Source: Eledone cirrhosa (Eukaryota). Taken from it: 64,000 nt of DNA. Shown piece by piece: positions 49,667-63,159 of this stretch. The DNA lies in NCBI GenBank assembly GCA_964016885.1, contig OZ024743.1, positions 230,392,001 to 230,456,000 on the forward strand, read 5' to 3'. Each line of letters starts with the position of its first letter. Position 1 is the first letter of the stretch. The notes beneath the pieces are model-generated. The model saw only the letters and a program-made list of their open reading frames with translations, did not search any database and had not been told where the DNA came from. Made by a program: the position numbers and the translations under genes.

Positions 49667-50143
49667 CTAGCTGACATACCCAGTTTCGCCAGGGTAATAA
49701 GAGAAGACAGGTAAAAGAGAAAATCACTGTATTGGTGTTTGTCTGGTTACAGTATGAGGCGAGTCCGTGGTGTCAATTAACAGTAAAAGAAAATCTTCCA
49801 GATATACCAGATTCTTCGTTGTACCGTTTTTGTATAGTATATGAACAATTCTATGTGCTCCCACCTAGAATAGTGACCTCTAGGAGATGGTTGATCTTCT
49901 GCCTGACTGTAAAACGTATATCATTGCATAGACGTGGTTGTTCCACTGACACATATACATAGTGTATCCAAACACAGCGTTCACTTTGCCTCTCTCTCCC
50001 CTCTCACTCCCTCATTGGCATTATGCATATTAATTTAAGTTTGGCGTCATTGAAGTGGGCGGAGTAGTTTGAAACCTATGAACCAATGATAATCGAGAAT
50101 TATGACACACGGAATTCTGACATTGCTCCAATTAATATATAGA
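49667..50143 (-). mobile_element. Short non-autonomous Helitron unit (477 bp)
   Basis: 5' end (TCTATATATTAATTGG...) matches 57500-57657; 3' hairpin + CTAG; joined head-to-tail to a second 3' end (hairpin + TTAG, 50144-50175). Confidence 0.82.
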
Positions 50144-51246
50144 CTAACTGACGTACCCAGCTTCGCTCGGGTAAACAGATGATAAGTGAAGACATGTAAA
50201 AGAGAAAATGACTGTATTGGATATTTGTCTGGTTAGAGTATGAGGTGAGTCCGTGGTGTCTGTGTGATACCAAAAACTGTAAAAAAAATCTTCCAGATAT
50301 ACCAGATTCTTCGTTGTACCGTTTGTGCATAGTATATGCACAATTCTAAGTGCTCCCACCTAGAATAGTGACCTCTAGGAGATGGTTCATCTTCTGCGTG
50401 ACTGTAAAACGTGTATCATTGCATAGACGTGGTTGTTCCACGTTTCTCAAAAGTATGATGGAAGTTCCAATCTTTTTATATTATATGTAGATATAGATAT
50501 AGATAATTAATATAAAAGATGTCCGTCAATGTAAAAAAAGGTCCCTATTTACTTGAAATGGTTTATACAAATGTCAAATTAATATGGATATGGATAACAT
50601 GCTTATCTATAAGTGGTCAGCTATAATAATAAAACAACAAATTATATGACACAAAAATGTATTCAGTAATTTCCAGGCTCTTAGCCACTGAGTAATAGAC
50701 AGTTAATATTTCCAAGAGTTCAACTCGGGTAGGTGGCCTGGTTTGAACTCCAAATGGCGGATCCTTCTACTTCGAAAATAGAATCGTTTTTCAATATTAC
50801 TCTAGCCCTGGCCGGCCATAGGCACCAAACTTTTTGCCAGACTCAGCATATGATGAGGTTTTATTACCACCGCTATCAGAAGCGATAATTTTGAAGGCAA
50901 TTTCTACCAATACTTGTTGATATTTATTGCTCATTATCGACAATAAATGACATTGAACAGAAATGAAAACTCTGTCAAAGCTCACAATACTGATCAAAGA
51001 ACACCAATGTCTGAATCATTTACGTCGAATATTCATAGCAGTGAAGGCAATTTCTACCAATACTTGTTGGTATTTATTGCAGTGAAACGATTTTTACCAA
51101 TACTTGCTTGTTTTTGTTGCTCATAACGACATTAAATGACATTGAACATAAATGATAACTCTGTTAAAGCTCACAATACTGATCAAAGGACACCAATGTC
51201 CGAATAATTTATTTCACTTATTGTTAGCATTAAAGATATGCATACA

Positions 51247-54200
51247 TCAGCTCAAAGCTTCATTATAGACAATATTCAGGGTTGTTCCTCTGTTAGTGGT
51301 ATCAATTGCAAATTTTATACCATCAGGATCGCACACTTGAGATGCAGCAACATACAGTTTTCCATGGCTGAATGCTGGATCATTCAAGTAGACACCAACT
51401 CGCTTGAAAGCCTTGTTGACAGTCATGGAGAAGGCCAAATTGACGGGAAACTGTGTCCTTTGCCAAATGAATGGCAGCAGATCTTCACTTGGTCTCAGCA
51501 TGATCCTCGGAATGAGAACCGATTCCTCCCTGCCAGGGAGTTTAGATTCTAAAACTCTTCCGTTAATCATTCTCTCAAGAATCAATCTGGTACCATTGCA
51601 AAGACCCATTTTATGATTGATATTTCTAAGCAATATAATCGGCATACCCTTTTTCAACCTCAAAATATGTGGGGGAAATCCGGGTATTTGAAGTGAATCG
51701 GATACTCAGTCGGAACATCCATATTGTTCTGCTGATTAGGCTCCATTGCATCCGCACTGACGGTCAACCATTCCTATCCAGGAAATATTCCGGCTACTTG
51801 TGAATTTATTTCAACGACCGTTGCATTCGTATGAGTTAGAATAACGCGTTCTGATATCCAGGAGATATTCTGCCAAAAAGCATTCAAATTAGGGTACACC
51901 CAGTCAATCAATGCTTGGCGGTCCAGTGGCATGACCAAATGGTCTGGGATTCTTACAGTCTGATTATCACCAACGTTTGGCAATTCATCGTTTCCCAACT
52001 GCATCAACCATCGGCCGTATGTCTCAACCTCTTCGTTTTGCCCGAAAATACGAAGTCGCATATTATCGTGTAATCGCAAAACTCTGAAATGGCGCCACAA
52101 CGGGGACTTTTTCAAACATGCATCGACAATTTGTACTCTTTGAGCATTCCTAACAATTGGTAGCACCTGTCTTAAATCGCCACCAAGAACGATAGTCTTA
52201 CCACCGAATGGCAGGTCACTACCGCAGATATCTCTCAAAGTTCTGTCCAATGCCTCCAGCAAATATATGTGTGCCATTGGAGTCTCGTCCCAAATAATCA
52301 GAGAGGTATTGCGTATAAGTCCCGCGAGTTCACTTTGTCCTGTAATGGTACAGACACTCAACTCATCCGGAGCCAATGGAGCCTTGAAGCATGAGTGGAA
52401 GGTCCTTCCACCTCTCAGCAAAGTGGCAGTGATCCCACTGGTGGCCACAGGGAGAGCAATCTTCCTCTGAGCTCTGACTGCCGATAACATAGTGTTGAAA
52501 CAGAATGTCTTTCCGGTGCCTCCTGGAGCATCTATGAAAGCACAAAGTTGCTCATTAGTGGAAATTGAGTGGAGAACGCCATCGACCAATTCTCTCTGAG
52601 ATTGGGACAACATTGTCATACGTTCATCCACAATACGTTGCTGTTCCAGTGGATCAAACTGGAATAGTTCCCTCCGATCGAGTGGCAACCGTCTAAGATG
52701 CAATCTCCTGTTGAATGCTAAGACACGTTGCCGCATTTATTCATCAGGAATTGGCAAATTGAAATCTGTTAAACATTTGAAATGAGCTTCAAGCAGTTTC
52801 TCAATATTAAGCAAAACAATAGCTTTCATCAAATTTTCCTCACAGAAATGATGCCTAAAATCATCAGCCATAATTCCCCAATGGCGTTCAAATAACTCTC
52901 TTGAATCGGAAGGATTGCAGAATCCTAGAATCGTGACAAATAACTGCCTTATTTGAGCTAGCATCTGTGTTGTTCCTGCAGCTTCCATGGCGTTATTCCA
53001 TTCAGCGTCATCCTGAAGGAGTCCCAGATGCTGACACACAGCCTGCTATGTTTCATATTCCACGCTATTGATTGTTTTTAAATCAGCAAAGCTCTGTTTA
53101 CCTCTCGAAAAATCATTATGCAACAGAATTCGGAGATAAAACACATCACCGGATGCTGGATGGACATTACAAACCCGTCCAATAGTCATGAATCTCAACT
53201 TTTGTTTTCTATCATTCCATTTCTTTCCCTTCTTATCCTACGTATAGGGCGAAGGGAAATCGCAGGGAATCGCCTTTGATCCGGGTTCAAAGCATGTTCC
53301 CTATTATGCTTGAACCACTCAGCCAATTCCGTCTTAGGAGGTGGTGCGTTAGCAATTCTTTCGACACCTCTTCTAGTGTCCTGAAAACAGACCATTTGCC
53401 TATTCTCTAACCGAACCGTCAGTTTCTGAACGCTGGGTTTGCGTTCATTGAGATCAAAATCGAACAATCTCCAGTAAGCTTCGCTAGATGCAATCGAGCG
53501 AACATCCTGGAACCTGCCAACTTCATCTCCTTGGCTCGTTTCCTCATTCTTGACATTGATCATTGCCCGATCATGACCTTTGGAAACATTTTTGAATAGA
53601 TATTTGCAAGCATTTACTGAACTACAAATTTCCACATTAATATGACAACCATATTTCATAATCAAATATGGATTGTATGGCACAACCCATTGATTTGTAA
53701 CCTGTCGACCGTTTACATTTTCAACCAAACCGCCATCTGCAGGCGACCGTCTTCTGTATGCGGGATGAGCATCCCCATCGTCCCAGGAAGTGTTCGCGAC
53801 AAAAGATTTCGGAAAGTGCTTACTGCATTGGCCATTTTTCATTCAAGGCACTTTGCGATTTGCCACTCCGCATTGGTTGTGCACCATTGACTTTGCTATC
53901 AAGTTTCGTAGTGCCTCATTCTCCGGCAGTTCAGCACACACAATACTGTCGACATCCTCAGCACATCTCAATTTGAAATCTCTATGTAAAATGATCAGCA
54001 AATGTGCATGTGGCAATCCTCTTTTTTGGAATTCAATTACGTATGTGAAAGCAACTATACCTCCAAAGATTCCTTCTTTTTCCACATCATCCATTATCTT
54101 TTTCAGATATCCTTTGAATACTCTTGCCAAAATATCAGGACGGTCCTTTGGCTGTTGTCCTGACAAAAGTGGATCCTTAATATCTGTCCATTCAGGATTG

Positions 54201-55780
54201 CATGTAACCGTTATAAACAAATCTGGTTTTCCAAACTTTCTGACAATAGCCATTGCACCCTGATAGCGAATGTTCATATATCTCGGGCCGCCGATGAACG
54301 ACGATGGCAAAATGGTGCGTCGACCAATTTCATTGTAATTGGCATCATCGGCTGTTATCGCATCCTGTATATTATTATACAATTCAGCTCTGATATGTTG
54401 CTGATGTGTAGCTATATAATTTAGCCTTTGATTTTCGATCTTTGCGAATGCCATACAACAGTATTCCTGGAACAATCTGCTGGCTTGAAATAGCGGATTT
54501 CTCTGTTGATTCCTCTCGTTCAAATGGAACGCGTAAACGTCGCAAATCGAATAATTGTGTCTATTGCTACCTCCCTGTTGATGCTGATTCTCATGATCAT
54601 CTAAATGAACAGATATGTTCCATCCATTTTCACCTTTTGGGAATAAAAGAACATAATGCAATGGATCGTATGCCCTATTTGACTCATTGATAGTCTTGAT
54701 ACCACCATCTCTGCGATTGAGGACGATATCTCTCGATCCAGGCTTATCGTCCATCAACACAGCAACTACACGAAATCCTTCAGGGGCATTATAACGCCGT
54801 TCGTGTTGATTCCTTGGCACTACGTCAGCCTTAATCACCAATGCTTGCTGCTAAACATTTTGCAGTTCAGCCACCAACATGAAATCCATAACATAAGGAT
54901 TAACTGTCTAAGCCATGATTGTAAATCACGGATCAAATCACTTGACCTTTGCCGTTCAAGTTCTGTTATATTTCCCGGCAACTTCATCCATCCCATCCTG
55001 ATATCTTCCTCCGATTCACTATAATCTGGATCGTTAACGTAAATTTGAGCGAATCGAGGCCTGTCTCCTGGGGTAACTTCTACGATACAATGATACAAAC
55101 AGCCTTGAATGACTACATTCGGTTGCAATGCTCCACTCTCAAACATCACAGTAACGCTCTGCGATGCTAAAGCTAATGCATTGTTAATTTGCCGCGAATA
55201 TTTGCGCAGCAATCTACCTCGGTCTCCTTGATCACCCCACATACTTAGTATTTTAAACTCCGGTGACTCCTCATCATCCGGGATTCGCAAGGGTTCTAGT
55301 TGAACTACTCCTTTATGACAGCACATTGTGGTCCACGTCTTTTCATGCCTCCAAAGCAATGCACCACAATGTGGACACTCTGCTCGTCCACCAATCTGAA
55401 AATGACACGGTTGACATGATCCATTTTTAATATCATTTCTTCGCCTTCTAGCTTCTTTACTGGAATGAGGAGCACTTTGGCGACACATTCTCTGTACTTC
55501 TGTATTGCGCTGGCGCTGCTCAGCCAGCTTCTCTTCATCCATCGCAGCTCGCCGTTGCTGCTGAATTCTGGCATCTGCTGATGATGCTCAGCCAGTTCGT
55601 CTTCAACCATCGGAGCACGCCGTCGCTGCTTGGCTCCAGTGTTTCGTTGGCGTTGTTCATGAGCTCCTCTTCATTCATGGCGGCACGTCTTCGCCTCTGA
55701 TGTTTGGCGTTCCGATGGCGCTGTTCGACCCGTCTTTCTTCATTGCTGGCTGCACGCCGTCGCCGCTGTAGTTTACTGTT
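51247..55780 (-). pseudogene. Helitron RepHel (HUH Rep + Pif1-like helicase), frameshifted
   Basis: Zn motif CPHCGALLW..MCCHKG; Rep motifs PDLFITVTCNPEW, EFQKRGLPHAH and KYLFKNVSKG (second Tyr lost); helicase motifs DAPGGTGKT, IIWDE, GGDLRQVLP, QFPVNLAFSMTVNKA, FSHGKLYVA. Confidence 0.95.
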
Positions 55781-56211
55781 TCATAAAGTCGAATTGCTTT
55801 TATTATCAGTATTCATATCGAGCAATTGTCAAAAGATGACACAATAATAAATATAAAAGAGGTTCGTCAATGTAAAGAAAGATCCCTATTTACTCCCTTC
55901 ACAACTCTGTGTATGTTAGACTTACAGACAGGCACACAGACAGATAAACTGCGTGGCGATTGTGGAACGCCACACACATACACGCATGGAAATGAGCACA
56001 CGCACGCACACTTACACACGCACACACTCACACATGTTGATAGTTTTTACTCTCTGTGGAACGCTGCACGCACGCACACACACATAAACATACGCGCACG
56101 TACATACACACAAACACATGTTAATAATTATTGCTTTCTTTCCTTTCTTATTTCCACACACAAGTCTCTATACTGACACATATACATAGTGTATAAAAAA
56201 TTACACAATAA

Positions 56212-57208
56212 TCTATATATATAAAACTGTGGTTGTCTGTCTGTCTATTGATTTTTGGCACACATCTCCTCTTAGAATCTCTCACGGAATTGCACCGAAA
56301 TTGCTATACTTGTACATTGAGCTCTAGCAAAGACATCGGAAAAAAAGATATTTCAAATTGACCCACCCTATGTGACGAAATCGAATATAATGTATCGATT
56401 TTTGAGCGTAAGTTATCAGTTATTTCCCTTTGTTCTGTTTACATTGAGCGTCTTACGTAAAAAATTACGCTGGCTTTCTCAGCGTTTAAAATGACATTAA
56501 CACAATACACGAACAGTTGTCGAGCCAGCAACATATTGACCTGCAAAATTCATCAGTTCGAACACTAAGCTTCCGTTTTGCTTCATTTCCATTTAAAAGC
56601 ATTTTAAAACAATATTTTTACTTGAAAACAAGTCTATTTAAAGACTACGTAAAACAAGCAAATATTTCGTCGTTAGGCGTGCAGACAGACAGTCGTGCAG
56701 ACAGACAGTCGTGCAGACAGACAGTCGTGCAGACAGACAGTCGTGCAGACAGACAGTCGTGCAGAGAGGTGATATACGCGTGCAGACAGACAGTCGTGCA
56801 GAGAGGTGATATAGGCGTGCAGACAGACAGTCGTGCAGAGAGGTGATATAGGCGTGCAGACAGACAGTCGTGCAGAGAGGTGATATAGGCGTGCAGACAG
56901 ACATAACTGATAATTTGGTTACGCTAATGTTTTTCTCTGCGTTGCAGTGTTTACATTTTCGATCTTTGTTAATAAATAACCAGTGCAGTTTCTATCCCCA
57001 GCATCCTCTTTTGTTATAACATTCGGGTTATCGTTATGTTTTCTTAACTTCATAAGGCATATTGTTGGTTGAGGGAATATTAATCAAAAACACCACATGC
57101 AAGTCTGCACAGTAGACACTACAGTTTTTAAGCCAAGAAAGAAACTTAACATTGTAACTTTAACACAGCTACTGAGCGACCCCGAGCAACGCCGGGCTTT
57201 ACTGCTAG
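56212..57208 (+). mobile_element. Non-autonomous Helitron (~1 kb) nested in opposite orientation, with internal minisatellite
   Basis: A|TCTATATATATAAAA...cccgagcaacgccggg...CTAG|T. Empty site 'acaataa^taaatataaaaga' at ~55841-55860. Internal 16-bp and 37-bp gtgcagacagacagtc repeats at 56678-56902. Confidence 0.9.
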
Positions 57209-58269
57209 TAGATATAAAAGATGTTCGTCAATGTAAAGAAATGTACTCCCTTCATAACTCTGTGTATGTTAGACTGACAGACAGGCACACAGACAGATAA
57301 ACTACGTGGCGATTGTGGAACGACACACACATACACGCATGGAAACGCGCACACGCACGCAAACTTACGCACACACACACACACACTCACACATGTTGAT
57401 AGTTTTTACTTTCTGTGGAACGCTGCACGCACGCACACACATATAAACATATGCGCACGTACATACACACGCACACATGTTAATAGTTATTGAACACAGC
57501 GTTCACACTCTCCCCTTTCACTCCCTCATTGGTATTATGCATATTAATTTCAGTTTGGCGTCGTTGAGGTGGGCGGAGTCGTTTGAAACCTATGAATCAA
57601 TGATAATCGAGAATTATGACACACGGAATACTGACGTTCTTCAAATTAATAAATAGATATAATATATTCATTTAATGCTTTTTGTTAGAGGCTTGATTAT
57701 TAGTAGCGTTTCTACATTGAGATATTTATTTAGTGTTGCGTCAATGATAGCGATATGTTTAGTAACAGTCGTTTACTTGTTGCAGTTGCTTAACCTCAGA
57801 TTTTTCCTGTCCTGACGTGACTATGCTCACTTGATGTTACATGCACGATATAACGACAATCTTTTTTTTTTTTTCTTTTTTGCGCATGACAGCTAGTTTT
57901 CCTGAGATCGGGAGTTAGCTGTGTTTAAAGACAACGTTAAGGCATAGGATTAGTTGATCCTTATGGATGATCTATTGAATATTTTACTAGATCAGTGTTG
58001 TGGTGGCATATGATTATCTACTATATTCAGCAGTACCTTACCTAGATTAATCTTAACATTTAGTGAGAAAAGAGGTATAAAGCAGATGAATTTTCTGGCT
58101 AACTTCCGGTAAAATTTGTGTAGGGGATAGGGTGAATGTAATAAATCTTATCTTTATTGCCATTAACGTGGACAACACTACTGTAGAGAATACACGGAAG
58201 AGAATTGATTAGAAATTCTGCTGTTCACCTTAGAAATCAGTTTCTTGAAGTCTAAGGTGTTATTTATTT

Positions 58270-58388
58270 TACGATCTGAGTTCAAATCCCGCCGAGGTTG
58301 ACTTTGCCTTTCATCCTTACGGGGTCGATAAAATAAAGTACCAGTAATGAACTGGTTAATTGCTGGCCTTGTGCCTAAAGTAGAAACA
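58270..58388 (+). mobile_element. SINE family A, 5'-truncated
   Basis: Near-identical to 36852-36970; flanked by 'gttatttatttt' on both sides (probable TSD). Confidence 0.9.
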
Positions 58389-58501
58389 GTTATTTATTTT
58401 TCATTCGAGTTATCGATAGGCATTTATATATATGTGGTTCATTTAAAGGTACATCTCGGAACACAACTTTGTTTAGATTAGTATCTATATATCCATCTGC
58501 A

Positions 58502-58567
<66 letters not shown>

Positions 58568-58639
58568 TCTCTCTATGTCTCTCTCTCTCCCTCTCTCTTT
58601 CTGTTTCTTTCTCTCTCTCTTTCTCTTTCTTTATATATA

Positions 58640-58670
<31 letters not shown>

Positions 58671-58720
58671 AATGTGTGTGTATATGTTTGTGTGTGAGTC
58701 TGCGTCTGACTCTCTGTGTG

Positions 58721-58752
<32 letters not shown>

Positions 58753-58775
58753 CTCACACAAACATATACATACAC

Positions 58776-58844
<69 letters not shown>

Positions 58845-59347
58845 TGTGTGTATATGTTTGTGTGTGAGTCTGCGTCTGACTCTCTGTGTATATATATATA
58901 TATATATCTACGTACGTGACTGACACATTTCAGCTCGCTACTATATTGGTATATAATGGATGATAGCATTTAAAGTTCGTTAAAGGTTCTTGGCACTACC
59001 ATTGTTACCATCGCTTTCCTCTAGCCATGGGGTTTGGAGACATGAACCGAATGCTGCTATTCTATTTTACATCAATGTGAACTGCTATTTCTAATAGCCA
59101 TCTTTTCACCTCATGGTAATTCGTGAGTGAGCCACGTTGGCTGAGTTCTTCTGACAGGAACTAAAAGATTGATTCTTTTTAGCTTCCCGTCCCCACGTAA
59201 AATTTGTAAATCAGTGACTAATTGAGAGATAGAGTTTTATCGGTTGCCAGTTGCTAATCGCTTTACCGTGTTGGTTGTCACAAACAGTCATGATCGGCAT
59301 GGGCTGGTGTTTGGATTCTGTTGATCGATTGGTTATTGATTAGGCGA

Positions 59348-59461
59348 TACCCGCTGATGAAGCTGCATAAGCTGATTGTGCATTGTTGCATAATGTATGC
59401 AGATAGATGGGGCAATGCATCTTACTACTGCCTTAATGCGGCAGAAACTCGAGTCGGGGAA
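59348..59461 (+). ncRNA. Type I hammerhead ribozyme with ~83-nt nested stem II
   Basis: CUGAUGA 59354-60; GCUGCAU/AUGCGGC, UGCAUUG/CAAUGCA and UGCAUA/UAUGCA helices; GAAAC UCGA GUC (palindromic ACUCGAGU); stem I partly mutated relative to the 49410-49435 paralog. Confidence 0.8.
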
Positions 59462-59603
59462 CCGTATAGGTACACGTTTTACGTGTGTTGTGTTGAGGCA
59501 AATAACTATGTGTATACTCCGGTAATGTATCTTACATTGCCCATTAAGTGCGCTGAGATAAAACCAGTACTGGCATTGATAAATATGCTGGGTCCGTCAA
59601 CCC

Positions 59604-59648
<45 letters not shown>

Positions 59649-59652
<4 letters not shown>

Positions 59653-60215
59653 TGAATATATGAGAGGGATGAACACCGATACAAGTATACATGTGTTCGA
59701 ATTGCAAATGACCAAGTTAGCTAGGTTGAAAAATACTAATTAAAAACAATATGGTTTGCCTGTCTCGATTTAAATTAATAAATCAATAAAAATAACAAAC
59801 ATACATTCGGCAATCGCCGTTTGATACCCGGTCAGATCTAAATCTGTCCCATAGAACCGGTTGTTATTTTTAGCGGCATGAGCATGAGACGCGCTAGGCG
59901 CTGTAACATGTGCGTTTACCAACACACAGTTCAGTCCTCTTACATATTTTGAAGTGAAAGGTACAAATTTCCTGGAAGAGCACAGGAATGGTGGCTTTCA
60001 CTTAATAATTGTTGCGAAGCAGATTTAGATCTGTCCGGGTATCAAACGGTGATTGCCCAATATAGTTTGTATTTTTATTGATTTATTACTTTAAATCGAG
60101 AGAGGCAAACCATATTGTTTTAAATTAGTATTTTTCAACCTAGCTAACTTGGTCATTTGCAATTCGAACACATGTATTCTTGTATCGGTGTTCATCCCTC
60201 TCATATATTCATTTG
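59649..60215. mobile_element. MITE-like element with ~195-bp TIRs and TA flanks
   Basis: TA|CAATTGAATATATGAG...CTCATATATTCATTTG|TA; 59649-59846 pairs with 60020-60215; a diverged TIR fragment lies at ~32535-32600. Confidence 0.82.
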
Positions 60216-60293
60216 TATTACACGGCTCGGAAAGATTCCCTTCCTTAAGCTATTTAATTGTAAAAGACTATTTTGAGATTCTAACTCAATATA

Positions 60294-60354
<61 letters not shown>

Positions 60355-60876
60355 CATACACATACGTATATACATACATATATATACAGACAGTTGTACA
60401 CATATATGGCCGCATGTGTGTGCGCATGTGTGTCATTTGCAAATATCTAGTCTCTCAAAGAAAAAGTTGCATTTCAATATTGATCAGTTTTTCAGTGTTG
60501 CAATATTAATAATCTTTTTACAAAATTATCCTTTATTAAATACTTTCGTCTCTCGTTTTTATTTCTTTAATGATATTGCTATAATTGTGGTTGTCTTTGA
60601 ACTTTCCACACAGACACTATTCACCTTTGAAGTTTGTCTTAAGAAACGTTCCCCATATTCTTTGAAATACTTTTGTGGTTACTTCTAAAAATAATAATTT
60701 AGTTTCGCTCAGATCCACTGCGTCTGGAGTCAGAATGTTTTTTGATTTTCGTAATGGCGTCTCATTGATAGGTTCTAGATCTATCATATATTAGGTATTA
60801 CTTGATTTCTTGTGTCGTTATTCAGTTATTTGATTATGTGGAAACTGATTTAGTGCAGAAAGATTTCGGTGAATTA

Positions 60877-61068
60877 AATTACTGCTTCGAATTGTTGAAA
60901 TTATATTCATTTAATGCTTTTTGGTAGAGGCATGAGTGGTAGTAGCGTTTCTACATTGAGATATTTATTTAGTGTTGCGTCAATGACAGCTATATGTTTA
61001 GTAACAGTCGTTTACTTGTTGCAGTTGCTGAACATCAGATTTGTCCTGACCTGACGTGACTATGCTCC
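60877..61068 (+). repeat. Uninterrupted paralog of the Helitron insertion site
   Basis: Matches 49633-49666 joined to 57671-57828. Confidence 0.88.
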
Positions 61069-61399
61069 TCTTTTATTGTTTTAGTGAAAAGTCTATCGAG
61101 AATGGCATTCTTTAATATCGCTTCCCGAATAATTCTAATAATTAAGCACCAATTACCCTAAGTGGAAGAGAAACCGGGTAAATTATTTTACAAAAGATAG
61201 CTGTAGCAATCATTTCATCGCTGAAAATATAAAATAAAATCTATTCAAAACATAACCTTTAAACTATGAAATAAACAAACAATGGAATATTTAACGACGC
61301 CTACAAACCCCATGAAATACAGAAACTATTGAACCCACACTATACAAATCAATATATACAGTCATCGATGTACTGCATTATTTCTCCAAGAGAGTCGCT

Positions 61400-62900
61400 G
61401 CATTTTCCCACCACTAATCTTCTATAGATCTCGAGATTGGAAGTTCCACTAACCGCATTGTCCGCCTGGAAACATTCCGGATGCCAAGGGCTCATTCATG
61501 ACCCACGTCTGAAGGTCAGTCAAAGCGAATAGCTTCCGATAGGCCAGTCTCACAAATGGCGTCCACACCTGTTCATCGTTTAAGTAGAATATCTAGACAT
61601 GCCGAAACCTCGGTCCATGTTTGCGCATCATTTTCCACGGCATGTCCAGCTCTCCGTGTAGAGGGTGCTAGCAGTAGATGGACCGCCTCACCAACGGAAC
61701 ATGTCGCCTCCACAAGAAATTGAAGTGGAGTCGTTCCAATTTAGTGAAGCACGAAACGAGGCAAAGAACGACGGTCAGGTGGTAGTAGATAACGCTCGAC
61801 CTTACAGGGAAAGCTTCCTCTCAGCCCATTACTGGGTGGGCGTGGTTACTCTGTTCGTAACCTCGTCCCAATTCTTATCGAATTGGTGGTCTGGTCCGAA
61901 CCAGTCTCCGAGCAAGTTTACTGGTCCGTCCTCCCAGCGCACAACGATGGTGTTGAACGGCATGGACTTGCCTCTTCAGGCGCCTAGTGTAATCCGACAT
62001 AGCCATTCCTCTTTTTTGTGTATCGCTCTCTATTTTCCATGTGGGAGTGTTATATAATGATTTTGCTTGTTTTGCAAGGATTAACCGAGTGTTTCACAAC
62101 GAAGGCTTCTGATTTAAACAGCAGTGAGAAAGTGCCGTAATGTCTCCACCTTTCTATGTACTCCGTGTCATCTCTGATGCCCTTCAGCACAGCTTCAAAT
62201 TGGGCGAAGGAAGTGATCACTGTTTTTTTATTCTGATCTGAAATGTCTATAAACATCACTTTTCTCTTCGCCACCGATTCTATGGCCTCTACCGAGACGG
62301 TTAACTTGGCCTATGTTTGCTCATTTTTAATGAGCTTCCATGCTTGGGTCAAGTTTTTCCCTTTTGGGTTAAGGTTGATAGTGAAGCACGGCCTTTTCTT
62401 TTTCCGGCTGCTACAGTAGTGAAAGGCTTTTGCTGTTGCCAGTGCTATTGCTTGTCACATTGTTGTCGGTGATATTGTTGTTGTTGCTGCTGCTGCCTTC
62501 ATTTCCATTGTTGTTGTTGTTGATTTTGTTGTTAGTGGTGGTCTTGTTGTTATTGTTATTCATGTTATAAACATTTATGTCGTCACTGTTATGCGTGTTG
62601 TTTTGATTTTTGTTTTTCGTGCCCATTGTTTCAGTGGGTGTGGGGCTGGTTATGTATGTGGTGTTGGCCGCGCCATCCGCCATGGTGGTGGACTGTGTGT
62701 GTTGCATTCACTATAGTGAATGGCTAAGCTGTAAATTCTATTTTGTTATGACGAGATGCGTTTTGGTTGCTAATGCTGCTGTTCTTGCTGCCGTTGCTGC
62801 CATTGGTTTCAGAGATTTGGCTCTTCCAGTCTTTGGACAGCCAGCTATTTCGTGTAGCGGACGCAAAACCTTTCTCCGCCATCTTCATTTTCACAGAAAA
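61400..62900 (-). mobile_element. Decayed Tx1-type LINE pieces (ORF2 fragment 61400-61985; probable ORF1 62000-62900)
   Basis: Minus strand GKSMP...DGPVNLLGDWFGPD...KNWDEVTNRV..WAERKLSL matches the other copies. Assignment of the upstream Asn/Thr-rich ORFs to ORF1 is inference. Confidence 0.65.
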
Positions 62901-63103
62901 TTGAGTGGTTTGTTTGAAAAACAAACACAGATTTATGCCCCTAAGGGCTTCAAGTAGAGAAAGGAAAACCAGCTCATAAAGATATTCGCTCACTTAGCTT
63001 GAAGGCAATATCAGAATTTCAATGCAAAATGTTGAATATCAGAGAAGATGGAACAAACCTAAATGAGCGATGTAAATCACGTTTTGAAAGATTGAACAAC
63101 AAA

Positions 63104-63116
63104 AATAATAATAATT

Positions 63117-63159
<43 letters not shown>

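Larger units (their letters stand above)
49667..57657 (-). mobile_element. Composite Helitron
   Basis: Minus strand starts TC (57657-57656) and ends with hairpin taccctggcgaaactgggta + CTAG (49670-49667) followed by T; carries a RepHel pseudogene and nested Helitron units. Confidence 0.88.
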
